NCBI GenBank assembly: GCA_032128115.1
Contig: JAQBHB010000040.1
Location: 96,001-160,000, forward strand
Length of the DNA: 64,000 bases
DNA from: Deltaproteobacteria bacterium
GTDB lineage: Bacteria > Myxococcota_A > UBA9160 > SMWR01
Reading direction: 5' to 3'
Shown one piece after another: positions 1 to 9,422 of the stretch (within the stretch, counting starts at the first letter, position 1; each line of letters opens with the position of its first letter). The notes beneath the pieces were generated by a model. The model was not told where the DNA came from. It worked only from the letters and a program-made list of their open reading frames with translations, and did no database searches. Both the position numbers and the translations under genes were made by a program.

Positions 1-2084
1 ACGCGCAGGGGTTTCTCGCGGGTGCCCTGGAGGAGCGGTTTCAGCTGGAAGGGCGCCACCTCGATCCAGCGCTGGTCGAGGAGGCGGCGCAGCTTCTGGG
101 CGGCGGTGTGCAGGACGTCGCGTTTGCGGGTGTAGGGATAGGCGACCTCCACATCGGCCACGAGCCAGGGGGCATTGGCCGGCAACGAGAGCGTCACCTC
201 GATCTCGGCCGCCACCTCGGCGTCGTCTGGTGTCTCGAAGGGCACGCGCGTGCGCAGGTGCACCCGGTCGAGCCAATCCGAGCCGGTCTCGGGAGCGCGG
301 ATCTCCCACGCCCCGTTGTCCCATTGCACGGGCACGTCGTCGCTGCGGTAGCTGATGAAGGCGGACAGGAAGTCCGGCCCCCCGGCCACCCAGTCGCCGG
401 CCTGCAGGCTCGAGATCCCCGACTCCGGATCGAGGGTCACCTGCACGTGGCCGTTGGCGAGGCGCCCCGGCGACGCGGGGGCGTTCGCCGGGGGGGCCGC
501 GTCGGGCATGAGCCGAAGCGTGTGCATCTCGGCGGGCGCCAGGGGCAGCAACGCCCACAGCGTGCCGGCGACGCGACCGTCGCCCAGGTCCAACCGGCTC
601 ACGATGGCGTGGGGAAAGGGAGCTCCCGCCTCGTCCTCCAGGCGGGTTGCCGGCACGGCCCCCGCGAAGATCAAGGGAATGCGAAGCAACGTCCGTGTGA
701 CAACGCCAGGGGCGAGCGGGCGCACGTCGCGCACGTCGAAGACGTAGAGGGCCTCGCGGTCCGGCCTGGGTCCCGAGGCGACGGCAGCATCGGCCAGCAG
801 CCGCTCGGCGCGCCAGGCCAGCTCGCGAGCGCGGCCCGTCACCGATTCGGCCACGGCCTGGCGCTCCTCGTTCACGATCGGAGTACTCATGCCGAAATGC
901 GTGGTCGAGAGGCCCACCACCCGCTCCCAGAAACTCGAGTCGCGTTCATTCCACAGCAGTTCGAAGGCCTCGCGGCGCACGGAATCGGGTGCGCCGGATG
1001 CGAGGGTCTGCGCGCGCCAGCTGGCCAGGCGCGATTGTTCGAGACGCGTCCAGATCGAATGGCTCGCGAATTTTTCCGCCCACGAGTACTGTCCGTCGAA
1101 GCCCCCGTCGGCCAGGTCCTGGTGCACCATCACGTCGCCCACCGGCGGATGGTCTTTCAGGTAACGCGCGGGCGTCGTGAACTCGGCCCAGTCGTAGCGA
1201 TTCACGGCTTCGATGTACTCGCGCAGACCGCCGGCGTTGGGGAGCCACATCAGCACCGCCGGCAGGTTCTGGGGCAGCCAGAAGTCGCCATCGGCATCGG
1301 CGTTGATGTGGAGCAGCAGGTCGCCGCCCACCTGGCCGTCGGTCTGGAGCGCGCGCAGATCGAGCAGCCACTTCTCCAGCGAGATGTGATCCACCACGTC
1401 GCCCACGCTGGACGTGGGCAGCAGCAGCATGCGGGGGCCGTTGGCGCGCATGCGAAAGCGCGTGACGCCGTAGCGCTGCTCCGGGGGCAGCGGCTTCAGG
1501 AACGACGAGATCGCATTGAAGGGCACGCTGCTGTACAGGAGCGCCAGCCCCTCGATTCCCTCCTGCTGCAGGATCCCCATCACCCCGGGTGTGAGCATCA
1601 TCTCCTGGGGGCGCAGGATCGGCGTGAAGTTGCCGAACAGGTCGCGCACACCGGAGCCCCACGGGTTTGAAATGGCCCAGCGCACGTTGGCGCGCAGTTC
1701 TTCGGGCGTCATGGCGTGGATCAGGCCGTTGTCGTACGGCATCAGCAGGATCTCGTCGCGACCAGCGGCCACGCGCCGCCGGATGCCTTCCAGGATGTCC
1801 GGCGCATGTTCGGGAAGGATGCGCTCGTAGGTGAAGAGATTCTCCACGTCCCAGTAGCCGCGGGCGTCGAGTCCTTCGGCGTTGGCCTCGTCCAGAATGC
1901 GCAGGATCTCGCGCACCACGCGGATGTCGGTGCCGAAGCCGGCTTCGTCGGGCGTGTCGCCCCTCCACGAGTGATAGAAGTTCCCGTGGAACCCCAGGGC
2001 CACGTAGACCTTGTGGGGGCTTTCGCCGGTGTCGCCTCCGCAGCCCAGCGCGAGAACCAGGGCGGCGGCGAGCGCCCGCGTCAA
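1..2084 (-). CDS. Putative lipoprotein with GH57/GH38-like N-terminal (beta/alpha)7 barrel; 3' end runs off the window
   Basis: Not in the ORF track. Manual translation from TTG 2084 (TTGA overlap with the upstream stop) gives MTRALAAALVLALGC (lipobox-like), then VYVALGFHGNFYHSW...GRDEILLMPYDNG...ILRPQEMM...LLHINADAD. I read the first ~410 codons and the last codons at the window edge, and both are open in the same frame. The FHxN and RPQE motifs resemble GH57-type barrels. Confidence 0.6.
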   Translation of the reverse strand, partial: MTRALAAALVLALGCGGDTGESPHKVYVALGFHGNFYHSWRGDTPDEAGFGTDIRVVREILRILDEANAEGLDARGYWDVENLFTYERILPEHAPDILEGIRRRVAAGRDEILLMPYDNGLIHAMTPEELRANVRWAISNPWGSGVRDLFGNFTPILRPQEMMLTPGVMGILQQEGIEGLALLYSSVPFNAISSFLKPLPPEQRYGVTRFRMRANGPRMLLLPTSSVGDVVDHISLEKWLLDLRALQTDGQVGGDLLLHINADADGDFWLPQNLPAVLMWLPNAGGLREYIEAVNRYDWAEFTTPARYLKDHPPVGDVMVHQDLADGGFDGQYSWAEKFASHSIWTRLEQSRLASWRAQTLASGAPDSVRREAFELLWNERDSSFWERVVGLSTTHFGMSTPIVNEERQAVAESVTGRARELAWRAERLLADAAVASGPRPDREALYVFDVRDVRPLAPGVVTRTLLRIPLIFAGAVPATRLEDEAGAPFPHAIVSRLDLGDGRVAGTLWALLPLAPAEMHTLRLMPDAAPPANAPASPGRLANGHVQVTLDPESGISSLQAGDWVAGGPDFLSAFISYRSDDVPVQWDNGAWEIRAPETGSDWLDRVHLRTRVPFETPDDAEVAAEIEVTLSLPANAPWLVADVEVAYPYTRKRDVLHTAAQKLRRLLDQRWIEVAPFQLKPLLQGTREKPLR

Positions 2085-3277
2085 TCGTCGAGGGCCGAGA
2101 TCAGGGCGCCGTGGAAGTAGTCGAAGCTCCAGGTCACGGGCTCGAGATTCGCGGTGATCTTCATGGTGACTTCCATGTAGACCACCACCAGCTCGTTCAT
2201 CGGGTCGATCCAGAGGTTGATGCCGCCGGCCCCGGAGTGCACGTAGGCTCCAGGCGAGCCGATCGAGGGGCTGAAGTAGCGCCACTTCTCGCTGCCGGGG
2301 ACCATCCAGCCATAGCCGTAGCAGGCCTCCTTGATGGAGAGCGAGCCCAGGGTGGCGCCGATGCCCGGAATCTGGTTGCGGCTCATGTCGGCCACGGTCG
2401 GGCGGCTCAGGATGCGGGTATTTCCGTAGCTGCCGCCGTTCAGGAACATCTGGCCGAAGATCGCCAGATCCATGGGGGTCGAGTAGCAACCGCTGCCGCC
2501 GTTGACCGACTGCTGCCAGAACTCCGACTCGATACCCGGAAAGATGATCAGGGTCTCGGAAAGGGGCGCGTCCATGGGGCGCTGGAGCAGGCGCTCGCGC
2601 ATGTCGTCGCGCAGCACGTAGTCCGTGTCTTTCATGCCCAGCGGCCCGAACAGGCGCTCGCGCGCGAATTCTTCCAGGGGCTGCCCGCTCACCCGCTCGA
2701 TGATCATGCCAAGCAACAGATAGTTGTGGTTGGAGTACATCATTTCTTCGCCCGGCTTCCGGGTGCGATGCGCGGCCCTGCAAGCCTCGAACATCTTCTT
2801 GCCGACGCCGCGGACATCGCTCCAATCCGTCGGCTCTTCTCCCTTCAGGGTCTGGAGCAGGATGGGGAAGATCACCATGTCGTCGTAGCCCGAGGTGTGG
2901 GTCAGCAGGTGGTGCACCAGCATCAGGTCGATCTCCTCGCCCTCGAGTTCGGGCAGGTAGTCGACGGCGGGGCGCGAGGTGCTGAGCAGTCCGTCCTCGG
3001 CCAGCATCATGGCGAGCGTGGCGGTGATGGGCTTGGTGGCCGACGTGATCGGGAAGATGGCATCGCGAACCAGGGGCGGGGCGTCGGGCCCCGGGCGCAT
3101 CTGGCCAAACGCTTCGTGCAGGGGAATCACGCCGCGACGGGCGGCCAGCACCGCGAGCGAGGGCGTCAGTCCCTTCTTGACGGAGCTGGCGGCGATCTCT
3201 CTCGCGCGCTCGACCCGATCGGGCCGCATCCCGGCTTCCTGGGGTGTTCCGTATCGCAGCTCCGGATGCTTCGTCAT
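2081..3277 (-). CDS. Serine hydrolase, beta-lactamase class C / family VIII esterase-like
   Basis: SATK (SxxK), HHLLTHTSG, YSN and HSG motifs; 398 aa; ATGA overlap with the upstream gene. Confidence 0.9.
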   Translation of the reverse strand: MTKHPELRYGTPQEAGMRPDRVERAREIAASSVKKGLTPSLAVLAARRGVIPLHEAFGQMRPGPDAPPLVRDAIFPITSATKPITATLAMMLAEDGLLSTSRPAVDYLPELEGEEIDLMLVHHLLTHTSGYDDMVIFPILLQTLKGEEPTDWSDVRGVGKKMFEACRAAHRTRKPGEEMMYSNHNYLLLGMIIERVSGQPLEEFARERLFGPLGMKDTDYVLRDDMRERLLQRPMDAPLSETLIIFPGIESEFWQQSVNGGSGCYSTPMDLAIFGQMFLNGGSYGNTRILSRPTVADMSRNQIPGIGATLGSLSIKEACYGYGWMVPGSEKWRYFSPSIGSPGAYVHSGAGGINLWIDPMNELVVVYMEVTMKITANLEPVTWSFDYFHGALISALDD

Positions 3278-6200
3278 GCCTTCGCGTCTCCGTGGTTTGA
3301 ATCGTCACCCGCGAGCCATTCGCTCGCCAGGGGTTGGCTCTCGAATGCGGCGCGCAGCTCGGGATCCGCGATGCGTGCCGCAAGTTTCCGGAACTGATCG
3401 CGGGCGGCCTCGCGCTCGCGATCGGCGCCGGCGTCGTCGCCGCTGCGGGCCAGCGCGCGGGCCAGACCGGTGCGCAGTCGCCAGGTCAGGCTTTCGAAGC
3501 CCAGCTCGGAGGCCTGCGACAGGGCCTTCTCCGCGCAGTCGCGGGCCTCGTCCACCCGGTTGGCGGCCAGCAGGGCGCGGACCAACGGATCGCTCGTGAC
3601 CACCCAGGCCGTGCGCAGGCCCAGGCGCTCCTGGCCTTCGCGGGCAGATTCCAACAGCGCGACGGCCTCCTCGGCTCTTCCCGCCGCCAGCTCCACCTCG
3701 GCGCGCGCGCTGGTGGAGGGCGCGAGTCCGGCATCGCTCGCCCGCTCCAGGTCGGCGCGAAGCGTCTGCCCGCGCTCGCCCATGCGAGCCGAAAGAGAAG
3801 TGAGCGTGGCCACCAGCCAGCTCTGCATCCAGGTGCGCGAGAGCTTGCCGGCACGCTCCAGGGCATCGCGGGCCGTGGCCACGGCGGCGTCCCAGGCGTC
3901 GATCCGCTCCAGGTAGTGCGCCCGTGCAAGCTGCCGCATGGCCTGGCCGAAGGGATGGTCGTCGTCGGCAACCTCCTGCGCGAGTGCGGCTTCCACCTGG
4001 TCGTATCGGCCCATCTCGGTGAGCGCGATGGCCTTGATGCTGCCGTACTGCACGGGAGCCGAGCCCAGCTGCCCGGCCAGTTCGATGCCCCGATCGCAGG
4101 CCTCGACGCTGCGTTCGAACTCCCCGCGCATCCAGTACTGCCACATCAGCCAGAACAGGTGTTCCTTCAGGCGCACCGGATCACGGCGGCTCTCGAGCCG
4201 ATCGCGCAGTCGCTCGGCTTCGGCCACGGCGTCCCGAGGTGGCATGATGCGCAGCTGGGCAGCGTCGGCCTCGAGCCGCAGATCTTCGTCGCCGATCTCC
4301 TCCACCAGCGCCTGGGCCTCGCGACTGTTCCGCTTGGCCTGTTCGTAGTAGTCGGCCCAGTAGTCGATGAACCACGCGGTGGGAATCAGGGCTCGCGCCA
4401 TGGAGCGGCGATCCCCCAACTCTCGAGCCAGCGCATAGGCCTCCTCCAGCGATTCGCGAGCGGCATGGGCGTAGTCCTGGTCGTCCAACGACAGGATGTA
4501 GTGGGCGCGGCCCAGTGCCAGGAGCGTCTCGAGTTCGCGCTCACGGTTGCCCGCGGCTCGCGCGTTCTCGAGCACGATCTTCAGATCGTCCTGGGCTTCG
4601 CTCCCGCGGAAGAGATCGAGCTGCAGGTCGGCGCGCTGCTTCAGGATGGCATCGCGGGCCCCGCCCTCGGGAGCCAGTTCCAGGGCTTCGGCCAGGGTCG
4701 ACAGGGCGTCATCCATGCGGCCCATGCCGCGCAGGGCGCGGGCGCGCAGGGCGATCAGGTCGGCGCGCCAGCCGGGTTCAGCCCCATCGAGCACCTCCTG
4801 TGCCGCCGCCACGTGGCGCAAGGCCTCCTCGAATGCGATCGATTCGAGTGCCCGGCGGGCGGCGCGGACCAGGGCCTCGGCGGTGCGCACGGGTTCGGCG
4901 GCGGCGCCCGCCTGGTACAGGTGGTGCGCCAGCTCGGCTTCGTGCGCCTCGCCGGCGCCGCCACGCCGTGATTCCAGGGCATCGGCGATGCGCAGATGCA
5001 GGCGTTGGCGGCGCGGAAACGAAAGCCCGCCGAGCAGCGTCTGGCGGATCTGCTCGTGGACGAACACGTAGCGCGCCTCGCGCCCGTGCGGCTGGTCCTC
5101 GACCAGGTGGGCGGCCTCGGCCTCTTCCAGCGCGTCGAGCAGGGAGTCCTCGTCCAGGCCCCCGATCCGCAGCAACAGCTCGAAGGAGAACAGGCGTCCG
5201 GAGACCGCTGCCGCAGTCAGGGCTTTCCGACAGGGCTCGCTCACGCGCTCCAGCCGCCGTCCGATCACGAGGCGCGCCCCGCGCGGCACTTCGGTTTCGG
5301 AGACCTGGATTCCGGAGCGCCATTGGCCCTGTTCGTCGAAAAGCTTGTCGACTTCCTTCAGGTGTCGAAATACCTCTTCCACGAAGAAGGCGTTCCCTTC
5401 GGTCTCCGAGTAGACGAGATCTACCAGCTCCGGCGGCGGCGCCTGGCCGGCGCGGGCCTGCAGCAGCGCGGCCACGTCACGAGACCCGAGGCGATCGAGC
5501 ACGATCTCCTGGGCGCTGCGGGCGCGCAGCAGGTCTTCGAGGAGTCGCGCGAACGGCCGGTTGGGCGAGAGCTCCGTGTGTCGATAGGTCCCGATGGCCA
5601 GTACCGGGATTCCGGACAGGCGTGGGGCCAGCTGCTGCAGGAGCAGGAGCGTGGATTCGTCTGCCCAATGTAGATCTTCGTAGACGAGCACCAGCGGGCG
5701 CGCTCGAGCAGCGCGCTCGACGAATTCGCCCACACCGTGCAGCAGGTAGCGCCGCTCCTGCTCCGGAGGCAGCGACGGAAGTTCGGGGATGTCGTCGTAG
5801 CGCTGGCGAAGCTCGGGCATCAGCTTCGCCAGCTCCGGGGCGTTTTCGCCCAGGGCCTCCCGCAAGCCGTCGGCGCTCACGTTGCGGGCCGCCTGCTCCA
5901 GATGCTCCACCAACGGCTGATAGGGAGGCGGGGTCTCCATGTCCAGGCAGTGGCCCACCAGCACGCCCATGTCGCGGTGCTCGGCTTCGGCCGCTGCCTC
6001 CTGGGCCAGGCGCGTCTTGCCCGAGCCCGCCTCGCCCGAGATCAGCACCAGGGCGCCCGTGCCCTGGGCCGCGCGTGCCACCAGGGCCTGCATGCGCTCG
6101 CGCTCGCGAGTGCGGCCCACGTACGGGGTGCGTTCCTGGTCGGCGAGCACGCCGCCGGCCTCGTCCTGGCAGGGGATCTCGTAGATCCGCCACGGGATCG

Positions 6201-6693
6201 CGATCCCCTTGAGTTCGAACTCGCCCCGGTCTTCCAACTCGCCGCGCGCGGTGCCGAGCACGCCGTGAACCGTGTCCGAGGCGAAGATGCCGCCCGGGGG
6301 CGCCAGGCTCTCGATGCGCTTGGCGATGATCACGGTTTCGCCGTGGAGGTTGCCGCTTTCCTCGATCACCTCGCCGGTGTGGAGGCCGATGCGCATCTGC
6401 ACCTCGGTGCCCCCGCGATCGCGGTTGCGACGTGCCACCCCTTGCTGGATCTTGCGGGCGCACGACACGGCCCGGCGCGCCGACGGGAAGGCTGCCATCA
6501 GGCCATCGCCCGTGTCCTTGACCACCACACCCCGGTGCTGCTCCACCTGTTCCAGCGCGGCGCGCTCGAGCTCGCGCTCCAGCGCGTTGGCGGCCTCGTC
6601 GCCCAGCTGCTGGTTGAGTCGGGTCGACCCCACCAGGTCGGTGAACAACACCGTGACGGTCCCCTCGGGCAGCGCCCGGCTCTCGGCATCCAT
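3274..6693 (-). CDS. Class III nucleotide cyclase + STAND (AAA_16-type) ATPase + TPR-like protein
   Basis: N-terminal LFTDLVGST / KDTGDG / RIGLHTGE; Walker A GEAGSGKT; Walker B LVYEDLHWAD; TEGNAFFVEE; long helical C-terminus; 1139 aa. Confidence 0.9.
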   Translation of the reverse strand: MDAESRALPEGTVTVLFTDLVGSTRLNQQLGDEAANALERELERAALEQVEQHRGVVVKDTGDGLMAAFPSARRAVSCARKIQQGVARRNRDRGGTEVQMRIGLHTGEVIEESGNLHGETVIIAKRIESLAPPGGIFASDTVHGVLGTARGELEDRGEFELKGIAIPWRIYEIPCQDEAGGVLADQERTPYVGRTRERERMQALVARAAQGTGALVLISGEAGSGKTRLAQEAAAEAEHRDMGVLVGHCLDMETPPPYQPLVEHLEQAARNVSADGLREALGENAPELAKLMPELRQRYDDIPELPSLPPEQERRYLLHGVGEFVERAARARPLVLVYEDLHWADESTLLLLQQLAPRLSGIPVLAIGTYRHTELSPNRPFARLLEDLLRARSAQEIVLDRLGSRDVAALLQARAGQAPPPELVDLVYSETEGNAFFVEEVFRHLKEVDKLFDEQGQWRSGIQVSETEVPRGARLVIGRRLERVSEPCRKALTAAAVSGRLFSFELLLRIGGLDEDSLLDALEEAEAAHLVEDQPHGREARYVFVHEQIRQTLLGGLSFPRRQRLHLRIADALESRRGGAGEAHEAELAHHLYQAGAAAEPVRTAEALVRAARRALESIAFEEALRHVAAAQEVLDGAEPGWRADLIALRARALRGMGRMDDALSTLAEALELAPEGGARDAILKQRADLQLDLFRGSEAQDDLKIVLENARAAGNRERELETLLALGRAHYILSLDDQDYAHAARESLEEAYALARELGDRRSMARALIPTAWFIDYWADYYEQAKRNSREAQALVEEIGDEDLRLEADAAQLRIMPPRDAVAEAERLRDRLESRRDPVRLKEHLFWLMWQYWMRGEFERSVEACDRGIELAGQLGSAPVQYGSIKAIALTEMGRYDQVEAALAQEVADDDHPFGQAMRQLARAHYLERIDAWDAAVATARDALERAGKLSRTWMQSWLVATLTSLSARMGERGQTLRADLERASDAGLAPSTSARAEVELAAGRAEEAVALLESAREGQERLGLRTAWVVTSDPLVRALLAANRVDEARDCAEKALSQASELGFESLTWRLRTGLARALARSGDDAGADREREAARDQFRKLAARIADPELRAAFESQPLASEWLAGDDSNHGDAKA

Positions 6694-6754
6694 GGTGGGG
6701 CGAGCTTACCGCTCCCGGGCCCTCCGGGGGGCCGCGAATCGCCCGTCTCCCGGG

Positions 6755-6795
6755 CCGGTGGCCCGGTGGCGGTGGCCCGGTGGGTGGCGGTGGCC
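6755..6795. repeat. Degenerate (C)GGTGGC microsatellite-like run
   Basis: ccggtggcccggtggcggtggcccggtgggtggcggtggcc between two genes. Confidence 0.7.
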
Positions 6796-6798
6796 TAG

Positions 6799-6838
6799 CG
6801 GGACAAGGCGATCAGGGCCGGGACAAGGCGATCAGGGC
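6799..6838. repeat. Perfect 20-bp tandem duplication at the 3' end of the EamA gene
   Basis: cgggacaaggcgatcagggc x2. It moves the stop from TAG (6795, ...ALIALSR*) to TGA (6812, ...ALIALSRP*). Confidence 0.95.
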
Positions 6839-7699
6839 CACGCCCGCCACGTTGGCCAGCGCCCCCAGCAGGCGCACGCGGCCCGGCCGCTCGCGCAGGG
6901 CGAAGACCGCGATCGCCAATGCAAACAGGATGCTCGACTGGCGCACGGCGGTGATGTAGCTGACCGGCGCCGTCAGCATGGCGTGGAGAATCAGCACGTA
7001 GCTCAGGAACGCGACGGCGGCGGAGGTCATCACCAGCAGCGTGCGGCTTCGGACCACCGCCACCACGTCGGCCACCCCGATGCTGCGGCGCGCCAGCAGT
7101 GCGAACAGGGGCAGATACAGCGCATACATCAGGGCCATGAAGATCACCGCGCGTGGCAGGGAGCCACTCCAGGGCGCCTCCCCCAGCAGGCGCATGCCCT
7201 CCTTGTCCACCAGCGAGTACGCCACGGTGGTGACCAGCGCCAGATAGGCGAACCGCGCGCCGCGCGAGCGAGGCGCCGCCGCGTTCAGTCGCCCATCGCT
7301 GGTGACCAGCCACAGGCTGATCACCACCAGCGCGATCCCGATTCCGCCCGGGATCGACAGGCTCTCGCCCAGGAAGGGCACGGCGATGAAGGGCACCAGG
7401 GCCGGTGTGCTGCGCACGATCGGGTAGGCGATCGAGAGTTCCGTGTGGGCGTAGGCGCGGGTCAGCCAATAGCCGTAGAAGGCGTGGATGACGGCGCTCA
7501 CGATCAGGAGCCGCCACACGGCCGGCGGCACCTCGCGTGCATCGAAGCCCAGGATCAGGACCGGTACGAATACGGCGAGCGACACCAGCTCGATCGCCAT
7601 CAGGAACCCGGTGGGCGTCCCGCTGCCCTTGGTGGCGGCGTTCCAGACTGCATGGAGCAGCCCGGAGAGCAACACCAGGGTCAGCTCGAAGGGCGGCAA
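6812..7699 (-). CDS. DMT/EamA family transporter
   Basis: About 10 hydrophobic segments; LLHAVWNAATK, ELSIAYPIVRS, AYSLVDK and VRQSSIL...LRE motifs. Confidence 0.88.
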   Translation of the reverse strand: MPPFELTLVLLSGLLHAVWNAATKGSGTPTGFLMAIELVSLAVFVPVLILGFDAREVPPAVWRLLIVSAVIHAFYGYWLTRAYAHTELSIAYPIVRSTPALVPFIAVPFLGESLSIPGGIGIALVVISLWLVTSDGRLNAAAPRSRGARFAYLALVTTVAYSLVDKEGMRLLGEAPWSGSLPRAVIFMALMYALYLPLFALLARRSIGVADVVAVVRSRTLLVMTSAAVAFLSYVLILHAMLTAPVSYITAVRQSSILFALAIAVFALRERPGRVRLLGALANVAGVALIALSRP

Positions 7700-7866
7700 T
7701 CGGACCCCCAGGTTCGCGCCGTCACGGGTCGCACCTCCTCGCTCAGTGGGCGGCGATGATGCATCGCCCGGCGCGCCGCCGCCTTCGCATGCTGGGCTTC
7801 AACCCGGCCGCGCCCGGTGCCGAAGAGAGAGGGGTGGCGAGGGAGACCCTGGAGATACGAGCCCCC

Positions 7867-9336
7867 ATGGATCCCCGCCGCAGCGCTCCGGCCGCCGGCG
7901 GCATCTGGCTGATCGCCGCCGTCGGGGGCGTCTTCGCTGCCTTCGGCGCCTTTGCTCTCCTCGCGGGAGCGCCCCAGCTGCTGGCCCGGGGCCACGACGC
8001 AGCTGGCGCCATCGGCGCCGGGGTCGGCCTGCTGTTCATTGCGATCGGGGCTGGAATCGTCGTCCTCGGCCGTCGCGGTCAACGCGGCCTCGAGCGACGC
8101 GCGGCCCTGCGCGCCGCCCATTCCGGGGCTCCCTGGATGTGGCGCGACGATTGGCGCGAGCGGCGTGTGGATGACACGGGTTCGGCAGGTGTCGTGATGG
8201 CGTGGGCCTTCGCGATCTTCTGGAATGCGGTTTCCGCGCCCGTGCTCTGGATGCTGCCGCGAGAGCTCGCTCGGGGAAACCACGCGGCGTGGATCGCGCT
8301 GGTGTTTCCGCTGGTGGGTCTGGGTCTCGGGGTGTGGGCCGTGCGCGAGACGATCCGGCGCCGGAAGTTCGGGCGATCGGCGCTGGAGCTCAAGACGCTC
8401 CCGGGCGTGATCGGGGGGCGCTTCGAGGCGGTGATCCACACCAACCTGAGCGAGGCTCCGTCTCTCGGCTTCCAGGTCGCGCTCGCCTGCGTGAATCGGA
8501 TTACGACGGGCAGCGGCAAGAATCGCTCCACCCGCGAGCAGACGTTCTGGAAGGAGGAGCTGACATTTCCGCATGGGTCACTCGGCCTGGGCGTGGCCGG
8601 TTTGTCGGTTCCCGTGGGCTTCACGGTGCCTTACGAGTGCGAGCCCACCAGCGAAGAGAATCGCGATGACCGCATCGTGTGGCGCCTCACGGCCTCGGCC
8701 GAGGTGCCCGGCGTCGACTACACCGAGAGTTTCGAGGTGCCTCTCTTCGAGACCGAGGCCAGTTCGCCCGAGGTGACCGGTGACGAACAGGCGGTAACGG
8801 GAGCGGTCCTCGACTGGATCCACGGCGCGGCGCCCGGGCCGCGAGGCATCGCGTGTCGGCCCTTCGGTGCCGCCGGCGTGGAGTTCGTATTCGGGGCTGC
8901 GCGCAACCCGGGAGTCGCGACGGGGATCAGCGTTTTCACACTGGTGTGGAGCGGCATCGTGGCGTTCCTGTTCCATCGGGACGCTCTCGTGATGGGGGCG
9001 ATCTTCGCGCTGTTCGAGGCCCTGCTGGTGTTCGCGACGCTCGGGATGTGGTTCGGGATCGCGACGGTGCGCGCCGAGCCCGGACGACTTTCGGTGCGGC
9101 GGGGCCTGCTGGGTCTGGGACCCATGCGTGTGGTAACGCCAGATCGCCTGACGGCCATCCGCGCGTCGATTGGAATGCAGTCGGGCGCCCGGGTCTGGTA
9201 CCGGCTGGATGCCGAACTCGGCGATGGCAAGCGTCTCGCACTGGGCGATGGCATTCCCGAGAAGGCCGACGCCCGATCGATTGCCCAGATGCTTTCGAGG
9301 GCCGTGGGCCTCGAAAACTCCAGCAGCAGTCAGTAG
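7867..9336 (+). CDS. Multi-pass membrane protein of unknown function (start uncertain)
   Basis: Three pairs of TM helices separated by soluble domains (FAIFWNAVS, WRLTASAEVPGVDY). Confidence 0.7.
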   Translation: MDPRRSAPAAGGIWLIAAVGGVFAAFGAFALLAGAPQLLARGHDAAGAIGAGVGLLFIAIGAGIVVLGRRGQRGLERRAALRAAHSGAPWMWRDDWRERRVDDTGSAGVVMAWAFAIFWNAVSAPVLWMLPRELARGNHAAWIALVFPLVGLGLGVWAVRETIRRRKFGRSALELKTLPGVIGGRFEAVIHTNLSEAPSLGFQVALACVNRITTGSGKNRSTREQTFWKEELTFPHGSLGLGVAGLSVPVGFTVPYECEPTSEENRDDRIVWRLTASAEVPGVDYTESFEVPLFETEASSPEVTGDEQAVTGAVLDWIHGAAPGPRGIACRPFGAAGVEFVFGAARNPGVATGISVFTLVWSGIVAFLFHRDALVMGAIFALFEALLVFATLGMWFGIATVRAEPGRLSVRRGLLGLGPMRVVTPDRLTAIRASIGMQSGARVWYRLDAELGDGKRLALGDGIPEKADARSIAQMLSRAVGLENSSSSQ

Positions 9337-9394
9337 CCGACGACCACGGCGCCCAGGCCCCGGCGGCAGTCAGTAGCCGACGACCACGGCGCCC
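9315..9394. repeat. 40-bp-period tandem duplication containing the stop codon of the upstream gene
   Basis: gcagtcagtagccgacgaccacggcgccc is identical at 9326-9354 and 9366-9394; the preceding 11 nt differ only by transitions. Confidence 0.9.
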
Positions 9395-9422
9395 GAGTTA
9401 CTGGGGACGACGCACGACAGAT

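Noticed and set aside
108..1670. Long plus-strand ORF (520 aa) and many similar long antisense or alternate-frame ORFs across the window
   Set aside because: Shadow ORFs typical of high-GC DNA; Arg/Gly/Pro/His-rich with no motifs, and each overlaps a recognisable gene.
9326..9394. 29-bp direct repeat as a mini CRISPR or DGR template/variable pair
   Set aside because: Only two copies with an 11-nt gap, no cas or reverse transcriptase in the window; explained as a tandem duplication.
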